Below, piece by piece: positions 40,101 to 52,100 of a stretch of 64,000 bases of DNA; positions within the stretch are counted from its first letter, which is position 1, and each line of letters begins with the position of its first letter. The stretch is from Veleropilina oligotropha. Lineage: Eukaryota. The translations under genes were made by a program, and so were the position numbers. The notes beneath the pieces are model-generated. The model had not been told where the DNA came from, did not search any database, and was given only the letters and a program-made list of their open reading frames with translations. Location of the stretch: assembly GCA_048128005.1 (NCBI GenBank), contig JBEUKZ010000031.1, forward strand, positions 124,001 to 188,000, written 5' to 3'.

Positions 40101-43100
40101 GTGACCTTGACCTTTGACCAAACAACCAAATTGAACATTGTTATATAATGTACTCACCCGCATGGAGAAATTTGGCAAAAAATAAATAAGGAAATAAAAA
40201 AATATAAAAACGCCCAAATATGGAATCAGGAAAGTACATTTTGACCTCGTGACCTTGACCTTTGACTGAACAACAAAACTGAACATTGTTATATAATGTC
40301 CTCACCCACAGGGGAAAAGTTCGCGAAAAATAATTAAGAAACAATAAAATATAAAAATGCCCAAATAAGGTCACAGTGCCATGGTAAAAGTGCAAAATTT
40401 AAGCGCCCTGCACATGCTTCAAGTGTAGGCCATGCATCTTCAAAGAAATTAAAAGGATAAGATTTAACATCACCGACAACCGGTGGCCAGGCCGGACACG
40501 ATTTCGGGGTCAAAAGTCATCAGGTCAAGGTCGAAGGTCGTTTCCGCAAAATTTTGCCGAAAAGCACAATGGCAATATAGGGCGGTTTAACATACCAAAG
40601 TAAATCATGCTGGCCTGTATAGGACCTGAGATGTAGCCCGGATAAGGGGTGTGTTAAAAAAAGTACATTTTGACTGCTGTGACGTTGAACTTTGACCGAA
40701 CAACAAAATTGAACATTGTTTTACATGTATAATGTACTCAACCTCAGGAATAAATTTGGTAAAAAAAATTAAGAAAACAATAAGATATAACAAGAGCTGT
40801 CAGAAGGACAGCATGCTCGACTATCAAAAGCTAGATCGATGAACTTTCAAGGCTGTAGTGTGAACAGTTTGTGAGAAAAGGCCCTTCATGCAAAACATTA
40901 ACCTGAATTATCTAAGTCGAAAAATGGAAATAATTTGGTAAAAATGAAGCTAGAGTTATGGCCCTTGTATTGCAAGTTCGCATAATGATGTGACAAGCGT
41001 ATGAAGTTTCAAGGCTGTAGTGTGAACACTTTGTGAGAAAAGGCCCTTTATGCAAAATGTTAACCTGAAGTTGACTTTGTGAGAAAAGGCCCTTCATGCA
41101 AAACATTAACCTGAATTGTCTAAGTCGAAAAAGGGGAATAATTTGGTAAAATAACGAAGCCAGATTTATTACGCCTGTAATGTAAGGTCGCATAATGACG
41201 TTGAACAAGTGTATGAAGTTTGAAAGGTGTAGTGTGAAAAAATTGTGAGAAAAGACCCTTCATGCAAAACATTAACCTGACTTGTCTAAGTCGAAAAAGG
41301 GGAATAATTTGGTAAAACAACGAAGCCAGAGTTATTACGCCTAATATGTAAGGTCGCATAATGACATTGAACAAGTGTATGAAGTTTGAAAAATTTGTGA
41401 GAAAAGACCCTTCATGCAAAATGTTAACCTGAAGTTTGACGCCAACGCCGACGACAGGGTGACTGCAATAGCTCGTACTATTTTAGAATAGTCGAGCTAA
41501 AAATGTCTAAATATGGAAATAGTTTATCAAGGTCAAAAGAACAAAATTTTAGCGCCCTGCACATGCTTGAAGTGTGGGCCATACATCTACAAAGAAATTA
41601 TAAGGATAAGATTTGACGTCTCCGTGAACCAGGCCAGACACGATTTCGGGGTCAAAGATCATTACACCAAGGCCGAAAGTCATTTTTGCGAAATTTTTCC
41701 AAAAAGCACAATGGCATGATAGGGCGATTTAACATATCAAAGGAAATCAGGCTGGCATGTATAGGACCTGAGATCTAGCCAGGACAAGGTGTTTTAGAGA
41801 AAGTTATTTTGATCTCTGTGACCTTGACCTATGACTGAACAACAAAATTGAACATTGTTATATAATGTACTCACCCTCAGGAATGAATTTGGCAAAAAAA
41901 AATTCAGAAAACAAAATATTAAAATGCCCAAACATGGAAATTGTTTATCAAGGTCACAGTGCCAAGGTCAAAACTACAAAATTTAAGCGCCCTGCACGTA
42001 CATGCTTGAAGTATGGGCCATGCATCTACAAAGAAATTATAAAGATAAGATATTTGACGTCTCAGAGAACCAGGCCGGATACGATTTCGGGGTCAAAGGT
42101 CATTACGTCAAGGTCGAAAGTCGTTTTCGCGAAATTTGCCAAAAAGCACAATGGCATGATAGGGCGGTTTACCATACCAAAGGAAATCAGGCTGGCATGT
42201 ATAGGATCCGAGATCTAGCCCGGACAAGGTTTGTTTTAGGGAAAGTACATTTTGACCTCTGTGACCTTGACCTTTGACCGAACAGCAAAATTGAACATTG
42301 TTATATAATGTAATCACCCTGAGGAATACATTTGGCGAAAAAAAAGTAAAACAATAAAATATAAAAATGCCCAAATATGGTCAAAGGTGCAAAATTGTAG
42401 TGCCCTGCACATGCTTGGGGTGTGGGCCATGCATCTACAAAGAAATTAGAAGGATAAGATTTGAAGTCTTCGAGAACCAGGCCGGACACGATTTCTGGGT
42501 CAAAGGTCATTACGTCAAGGTCGAAAGTCGTTTTCGTGAAATTTTGCCGAAAACCACAATGGCATGCTTGGACGATTTAATTTACCAAAGGAAATAATGT
42601 TGGCACGTATAGGACCCGAGATCTAGTCCGGGCAAGGAAAGTGAGGAAGGAGGAGAAAGAGGAGAACGGAGTGTAAAACAATATGTCTCTCCCATCCTTC
42701 GGATGGAGAGACAAAATTCGTTCGCGCGCACACTTTTCTGGAAAAAAATGCCTGAGAACTATATTTTTTTTTAGTTGGCCTAATTATTAATACATATGTT
42801 TATTTCAGAATATAGTATCATACCCACATTCTCAACAGCGATCGGTTGAGACGCGTTTTCTCCATACAGGACTCCAAGCAGTTACGGAAATAGCCGATGA
42901 ATATATTTTTGTCGTCTGCTGTCCGCTTATTGAAATGTCAAATATTTTGTGTATATCAGCAAAGAAAAATCGCTTTATACACCATACAAACGCATAAATC
43001 GAGGAAATTAGGAAACTTAAATTATCAGAAAATACAAAGAAAAGTAATTCGAAGCAGTCGAGGATTTTGAAGGAATATTTAAAAGAAAAGGGTCATAACA

Positions 43101-46100
43101 TTGAATTCGAAGGGTACGATAAATATCAATTAGCTGAAGTTTTAGGACGTTTTTAATTAGACATTCATCGTGCAAACGGAGAATAATACAAGGTTAACTC
43201 ACTTGAAAGTGTAAGATATGGCATAAATAAGTATTTAAAATTGCCACCACACAATAAGGATTTTGATATAATAAAAGAAATATTTACTAGAGCAAACGAG
43301 GCATTCAAAGCCGCTATTGCCGAACTAAAAGGCGAAGGATACGGTGTAACAGATCATCACCCACCCATAAACAACGATGACTTGAAAAAATTATACAGTT
43401 CTGTCCACCTGAATACGGAGACACCATATGACCTGCAACACAAAGTACAGTTCGACATTAGACTGTATTTTTTCGGCGAGGTGCAGAAAATATGCACACA
43501 ATGACAAAATCAACATTTTCTGTGCACGAAGAAAATGGTCAAAAATTTGTTAAAACATCAGTAGATGAACTTACCAGAAATCACTGTGTCGACAAAGAAC
43601 TAGTGACTGCATTTATGCCAGAATGCAGAAATAATCCACTTTAATTGTCCTGTGAAATAGTTCGTTTCCTATCTATCGAAATTGCATCCGTCGTGTGATA
43701 GGTACTGCAATGTTCCGATTGGCATTCACACTCTCCAAAAATTTAAGTCTGCAATCTCTCACGATTTTATGGGAATCATTCCATTAGATCCACTGGCGCA
43801 ACGATGCTGTCCAAAAATATGGGCCAGCACAAATAATGGTCGTTACTGGCCACAAAAGCTTTTCGTCCTTGACAGTTTACCAAGGGGTAAGCGATGAAGA
43901 AAAGTTCCATATGGGCCGTTCGGTGCAAACGTGCCTCATTGGTTCAACAGAAAACCAGGCATTAGCGCTCCCGTCCGCTCAAGAATCAATGACCACTCGA
44001 ACAATAACAAAATCCACAGCATCGGCTGCTCGCTCAATTGCTTCAACTTTAACGTCAAATCCTGACACTGATCTTCAACTTCAAGGAATAACGTTGGAAA
44101 ACTTGTTCGACGATTTCGAAAACATTCCAACTCGACAAGTAGACAACATACGGCTACTCCACAGGCTATCATATTCAATAACTGCACCATCAACTCGATG
44201 AACATCCATCACCACGGACAGTAGTCTATTCATATTTTGTTGTCAGCTCAACGACAATTACATGTGCAATGACGTCATGTTAATTTAAAATTTTATCAGC
44301 TTTAGATGTAATATTTTTTTGCTATTTGAATCTCATAATTTAATTTTGTTATTTATAGAGTTTGCAATGTTAAAAAGTCCTATAATAATGTTACTTAAAT
44401 AAATTATTTATGAATTCCATGGCAACATGCAGTTTATTTTGATCTCGGTTATGCATTCTTCTCCAAAAAAATCTTTGACTATGTTTAGAACGTGCAAGAT
44501 ATCGCGATGTTTGTCACTATATTATATTTTCGGACATTGAATGTTGAAATAAATTCGTTATCCTAACGCCTGGAGTCCGATATGGCAATTTACCCTCCAG
44601 GAATTAGGATAACTTATATTACCCATTGTGAAAATTAATGTCAGTTCTATGTGCATTAATTCACTTTGCATTGCATGTATTCCGATTTATTTATTAGTCG
44701 ATTGCAGTTAGGACACCTCGTTAACTATCTTTCATTGATAGGGCGGTTTTGACTAATACACCCGACCTCTGCCCGTTATGCATAATCACTCATTTCTGTG
44801 CTCAGCGTTCCTTAACTTCGATATTAAATCTCATGATCGATAACCAGTACAGTCAATGTGATCAATTTGGTCATCACTCTTAGTTCTTTAATGTAGAGCA
44901 TGTGTGATCAACAGTATTATATATACGACCCAGCCTCTATAATAATAATAATATCTTCTACTGTTAACTAATATTTTGCTAGTTACTTCACATACCTGGT
45001 ATAATGTCTCTGACACGGTCAACCAAGTTCAGATAGGCTTCCCGTGTGTATCCTCTCTTCATAGCTCGCAAGACGTCGTCGTTACCACTCTGAGCGGGGA
45101 GGTGCAAATGATTACAGATGTTGCCCCTTTCTTTAATCAAGTCTAAAACCTACAAAAAGAACAAATATCAGAACCGATGTTATAAGTACGCATACTGTGT
45201 GAAGTCTGTCATGATGGAAACCTGGAGTCATGTAAGACTTAGTGTTTTGGTAACAAATTTAATGCGTGAATTGTGTAACTATTATATGATATATAAAATT
45301 ACTTATAAAATTTCATTAACAGATTGAAATTCATTAATTTTAATTTTAATAATCAAATAATTGATTACATGTATTACGACAAATTTATCAATTTAAGAGT
45401 CATAATCATATCGTAGTCAAGACCCACGTTCTAACATCTCTAATAAAATTCAGTTCAAGTTTTGTGGGTATTAAATCAGTATATATATGGTTATGCAGAT
45501 CCAAAATAAGAGACATTTATAAAACTCAACTCAATTCCATTATCACAGAACATTTATGGAACAACTTTTATTTTACCTCATCAGGAAAATCTTTAGGATG
45601 AGGTGATGTAAATCTTACTCTCATCTCTGGATCAACTTTCGAGATTTCATCCAGCAGATCGCTGAATCTTCTCCCGCCTGTTTTAGGCTTATATATTGTC
45701 TTAAATCCTGAACTCAGATTAGTGGCTGACGCTTGGCCTATTCCTCCAAATGAATGGCTTTCTGAAGTATCCCTATAACTGTTAACATTCTGCCCAAGCA
45801 ACGTAACCTCCTTGATGCCCTGAAACGATTTAGGGCTGTTCCAGAAAAATCTACATTGGGGGGGGGGGGGTAGGCAACTTTATTTTATTTCTGTTGGTGG
45901 AGGGGGGTATCAGCCTGTATGGTAAGTTTCAAAGAGCATATATATAAATTAATTCTGTTGATGAGGGGGGGTTCTTGAAAAGTTGCCTACCTCCCCCCCC
46001 CCATGTAGATTTTTCTGGAACAGCCCTTAGAGACACAGTGTTACAGAATTGCGTAACAGCAAATTTGAAGTTTCTGTCTTGCTGCTGTTCTTTTGGAACA

Positions 46101-49100
46101 CGTCATATTTAGGATTTATTGGTCCTAGTTGTTTGCTATCATTCCAGAAATATCCTGACTGCTTTTTGAATGACCATCGATTGAAATGTGGAGGGAGGAA
46201 TGATGCTTAATGTCCTGTATATTTACAACATCGAGGTTCAAGGCAGGACATGTCCGTGTTATCGCGGGAGGAAACGCCTGGGTAAACCCGCCCTCTTCGG
46301 CCAGTCACGGACAACTGTGATTCATAACTTGAACAAATTTCAATGCCTCAGCCAGGTATTGAACCCACTACTGTTCGCATTAGCGGAATCAAGCCAGTGA
46401 ATTTAGAGTGGACACTCTACCACTGCGCTGCCGCGATTGAAATGTAACAAGAAGTCATAACTCATTTATATGGTTTAGTTGTTGTGGGGGATAATAAATA
46501 TTAACACGACATGAGAAAGGCAGATATGTTCCACAATATTTTTCAAATAATATGTTGTTTGATTTGAATTGGCACCATTTGTCCTACAAGCAGCCAAAGG
46601 CAACCTTACCTATTTCATTTTAAGTTGTTGCAGAAATTCAGGTGAATCACATCAACTTTTCCGTATTATGGAAAAAAGGCCATTAAATCCTAATTGTGTC
46701 TCAAGTGATGGAGCTTTACATAGAGGATATCGAACGAGTGTCCATTCCATATTAGAATTATGAAACGAGTCGGGCACAATTTATGTACCGAGCCTTGGCG
46801 AGGTACATAAATTTGCTGACGAGTTTCATAATTCTCATATGAAATGGACACAAGTTTCATATCTTCTTTATCACATGACTTTATTTACCTTTAACCTTAT
46901 TTTATTGCGTTTTTAAACGCATTTCTTTACGTTTTAAAACTAATTTCTGTCAGTACTTTAGCCATAAATTGCCATTGCCTCAGACGCATCACGCATCGAA
47001 AGCACGCGCCACACCAGTACGCCAATAAAAAATAGTTCAACGTTGGTAATCGACGAGTCAACGCGTATGAATTATTCAATATGTTAATGAGGGTGATACG
47101 CCGCCTAATCAACTTGGCGCCAGATGCGATGATCGGCCGTCATGTTCGCCCTCATTTGCATACTTATGGGACGTGTCTTTTTTATTGAAATTTATGGAAC
47201 GGCTTGAACCGTGCCATAACAGCTTTGTCATGTGATAATCTTGGATACTGGAACAAACACAAGCAGAAGTAGTCCATACGTACCTCATAAGACAAAGCTC
47301 GAACTTCATCGATGATGGACGCAATTGGGCGGCTTCTCTCGCGACCTCGAGTGAACGGCACAATACAATAGGAACACATATTATCACAGCCTCTCATGAT
47401 AGATCTGAAATAATTTTAATGCATCATAACACTTAAATATCAACAGTCGGAAACAGGTAATTAGTACATATGTGCAAGCATAAAAGTATAATCATCTTTT
47501 CTACTTAGGAGCATTTTATGCCTTATTATCACTATGTTGCAACACAGCTCTTAACTAAATTTGTCATTACCGGTATAAGCTATGAAAACGTCAATGTTCA
47601 CAAATAAATATGTTATTACCCACTAGCATACTTAAATTAGCCATTGCGTCCCATTCATAGCATGCATGCACATGGCGCATGAGGAAAGGAAAGGATCGAT
47701 GCTTAATATTCTGTACATTTCCAACAATTAGGTTCAAAGGAGGATATGTCCATATTATCGCGGGAGGAAAGCCTGGTCGCTCGAAAAAACCCGCCCTCCA
47801 ACCAGTTACAGACAAATGTGATTCATAACTGAACAAATAATGTCACATCCCAATCGAGATTCGAACCCACGACTGTTCGTTTTAACGGAATCAAGCCATT
47901 GATTTTCGGAGTCAGCAACCGAAAACACACATCTGTCATAGGGGGCATACTGGCGCATGAAAGACAGTCTCTGCACTGGCACAGTTGTTAGAGCATGACC
48001 CTCAATTAACTTTGGAAGAAGTAGATTCATTCATGGATGAAAGCCCTTGAGAGCTGTCAGTCATGGTAGTACGGCGGTTCAGTTTTACCAGATATTTCAG
48101 GCCTATCATTATAAAGACAATGTGGACATGATCTCTAAGAGGACATTGGATGTTTGCTGTGAGACATTCACAAATAACAAACATTAATTCAAAGTCTAAT
48201 ATGATCTCACAAAGCATATGCTGTAATCTCACTCGCTAATAGAACTTACACAAATGCTGTTGGAGAATTTTCGTTAATTCTAACGGGTAAAACATCTGCA
48301 TATGTTTCTTCTAATGACAGCAACACATTCACTGAAAGTACAACAGACAGTCCTATTAATATAATATTTTTATATTCATACAGTTAAAATACAAACAAAT
48401 ATTTTCTCAGGTATTAAAGATGTGTCTTCATAAATAATAAAAGAATTTATGTATTTCAATATCATTGAGCACACAAAAAAGCTAAACAAAATTTTTTAAC
48501 ATTTTATTTAGACAAAGTGATAACATTAATAGTTCTTCGCCTAATTAGATAAAGCTGCTAGGATACACCAATAGCAGCAAGCTTATCAAGTATCCGTTTA
48601 TAATTGAATCTTGATTATGATATCCCAACGACAAAATCTCCAGTGCTTGTAGCAACATATGTACGAAATTATACCCATTAAAAATATTGAGACTAATTGA
48701 ACAATGTTTATTGACTATACCATGCCAACAATTTTTCAGTCATATGTCATGTCCCTGTACGCATCCTTCCCGCACACATACCGTATTATCGTGCATTTAG
48801 GGGCATGCCCTTATATACGAAATAATCCATTTTTAATAAGGGTTTTATTTTAAAGACGTCCGTTTTTTAAGAGCATGCCCTTCTATTCGAATTTAAGGGC
48901 ATGACATTTTTCGCTTATAAGGGCATGGTTAAGCAAAGCTCACGTTCATGTTAGAAAAGGAAGCAAACTCACTTGACCTGGTTGATGTACGGCGTATACA
49001 CACTAGCCTATTAAAAACTCGGAGTCTGACAAGCATATATAAGGCTTATTTGGGAATGGAATTGCTGTGTTGCATAGTGCTATGCGTGGTGTGCGCGAAT

Positions 49101-52100
49101 ATAGAGTTTTTCCCAAGTATGTTGACATCGCTGGAGCTTAAGATTGACTCGAAGTCCACTTTCAGGAACTCTGTTAAAGTTTATGCCGAAGATAATTCAC
49201 GCTCACAATATTTTGAATGTGCTGGTCAAAACTTAACACATGCACTAGCAGACGACATGCATGACACGTGTTTCGGGTGACTTTATAACCGAGTTAATGC
49301 TTCTGCCCGCCAAAATGTGTTGTCGTTCTGATTTAAGGGCATGCTCTTATATTCGAATATAAGGGCATACTCAATTATAAGGGCATGCCCCTAAATGCGC
49401 GATAATACGGTATATGTATAGATTAGATGGAAGATTGGAGAATCTTATCAAAATAGAAGGCAAGTCCATAGGATGAGCCTACTTTTTGATAAGGGTCTAC
49501 AATCTGCCATCTAACCGACTTAGAAGCTCCAGTTCATTTCTCCACACAAATTAATTCTTAAGCCCAGTTCTCACCTTCACGGTTCACTCTACGGATGTCT
49601 ACGGTGCAATACCACGGCAAACTGTGATGATCCGTACACATTTTATTACTTTTTTATGACTTACTACGGTAGTACTACGGTTATTGACGACAGTCGACGG
49701 TGACCTAACGACGTACCTATGGCATGGACCACGGAACTGTTACGGTACTTCACGGTCTGTCTACGGCATGCTACGACATACTACGCTTTTCTACGGTCGA
49801 CCGTACTGAGCGTACGGTGGTCTCACGGTATAGTACGGTTGTCTACATTTGCCTACGGTGTACTGTACAAGTCTACGACGTACCGTACAAGTCTACGATG
49901 CTTCATGATCATCTATGGTGCACTTGGCTGGTGAGTATTTAAAGGCCTTCACTCTCTTCACCCTCTCATTCTACCGTCGTCATCCAGACAGATCACTACA
50001 AGGTCCCATTGTAGATAGTTCTTGTGTCATCGGAAGTTGTTGGCTGAAAGAGGGAACGAGTTGTGCAACCTGCCTTTTGTACCCTTCAGACATCACATGT
50101 CGCCGCCCACCGTAGACAGTCGTAGCGGCACCGTAGCATGCCGTAGACATCCATGGTAACACCGTGACCTTAACCGTGGCCTACCGTAGCAAACCGCCGA
50201 CATTCGTCACCAAATCTTACTCTACTGTAGTGACTCCGTAGATGAACCTCCTAGGCACATCGTAGAGTTACCGTAGCAATGAATGTACGGTTCATTACGG
50301 AACATCACGATTCAGTCTCCAACCTTCGATGACAACCATGCAACCTACGAACAATAAAACGCTGTAGCTACACCATGATGGTTTTGTGCATGCACAAAAT
50401 TTTGACTGCTCCCTACGGTCCTTCCCGGTGAACGACAGAATAATACGGTCACTCAAGGATCAATCTACGACGCTCTACGAATCATCCCGGACGGCCACGG
50501 TGAGCTCAACCGTAGCGATCCGTAGTGCGAACCGTGTAGGTGAGAACTAGGCTTTATTGTCAAATTTGGCAAACTGTTTATTTTATCGAAACATATATTC
50601 ATTACTAATAATTTGCTTTATTTATCATTATATTAAGAAGATGCATATATGAAGATTATAACCTGTCACCCGTTTTCCTGATAATTGACAGGGTATCACG
50701 AACAAAAGACCTGACGAGTGCCGTCTTCAGCAATAAGTGGAGTTAAACACTGCCTTTTCATTGGTCAAGAAATGAAATGGGCTTCTAAGTATAGGTTAGA
50801 TGGCGGATTGGAGAGTCTTAGCAAAATAGGAGTCGAGCCCGTAGGGCGAGACTACTTTTTGATAAGAGTCTACAAGCTGCCGTCTAACCGACTTAGAAGC
50901 TAATTTCATTTCTCCACACAAATTATTTATAATTATCTAATTTGTTAAACTATTTATGTTATCGAAACACATATTTATTACAAAATAATTAGCTTTTTTA
51001 CCAATATATCAAGAAGATCCATATTAACATTACAACCTGTCACCCTATTCTTAATAATGGGTAAGGCATCGCAAACAATAGACCTGCAAAGTGCCGTCTT
51101 CAGCAATAATTGACGAGAAACACTGCTCTCTCATTGGCCGAGAAATGAAATTGGCTTCTAAGTATAGGTTAGATGGCCGATTGAAGAATCTTATCAAAAT
51201 AGAAGGCACGTCCATAGGACGAACCTACTTTTTGATAAGGGTCTACAATCTGTCGTATAACCAACAAGAAGCTCCATTTAATTTCTCAACACGAATTAAT
51301 TCTTATTGTCAAATTTGACAAATTGTTTATTTTATCGTAACATATATTCACTACTAAATAATTTGCTGTATTTATCATTATATTAAGAAGACGCATAATG
51401 AAGATTGTAACCTATCACCCTTATTTCTAATAATTGACAGTGTATCGCGAACAAAAGACCTGCCAAGTGTCGTCTTCAGCAATAATTGGCGAAAAATAGT
51501 GCCTTCTCATTGGTCGAGAAATGAAATGGGCTTCTTAATCATAGATAGAGTACCTGCGACCTGGCCTGACTCTGTGACTACCAGCAGTCAGGGCAGATCC
51601 CGGCACGCATCGGGTCCACACACAACATATAGATGGGTAGAGTACCTGTGGCCTGGCCTTATTCACAACATATAGATAGATGGGTAGAGTACCTGCGGCC
51701 TGGCCCGATTCGGTGACTGCCAGCAGCCGTGGCAGATCCCGATACGCATCCGGTCCGCACACAACGTCCACCAGCTGCTCCTTTTCTAATATCTTTGTTT
51801 TAAGTCGCTCTGCCATGCAACCTTGATTAGTTGAATAAAGCAATATTTAGTGCATTTACTTAGCATTTGAAAACCGATACATTTTTAATGTTGTTTTGTA
51901 ATATATTATCATGTATCCACATCACATACATTATTTGAAGGGAAGCAAAGAATCGATGATTATGTTCACCATGTCATAACTAAGCGCAAACAGCTTGATG
52001 ATCTTCGAGACATTTAATTGGTTATACCAATGCATTTCCATATTCAGCATTGAGTAGTGCAGGTCATATTGATCATACATGCATATATATATTAGATTAC

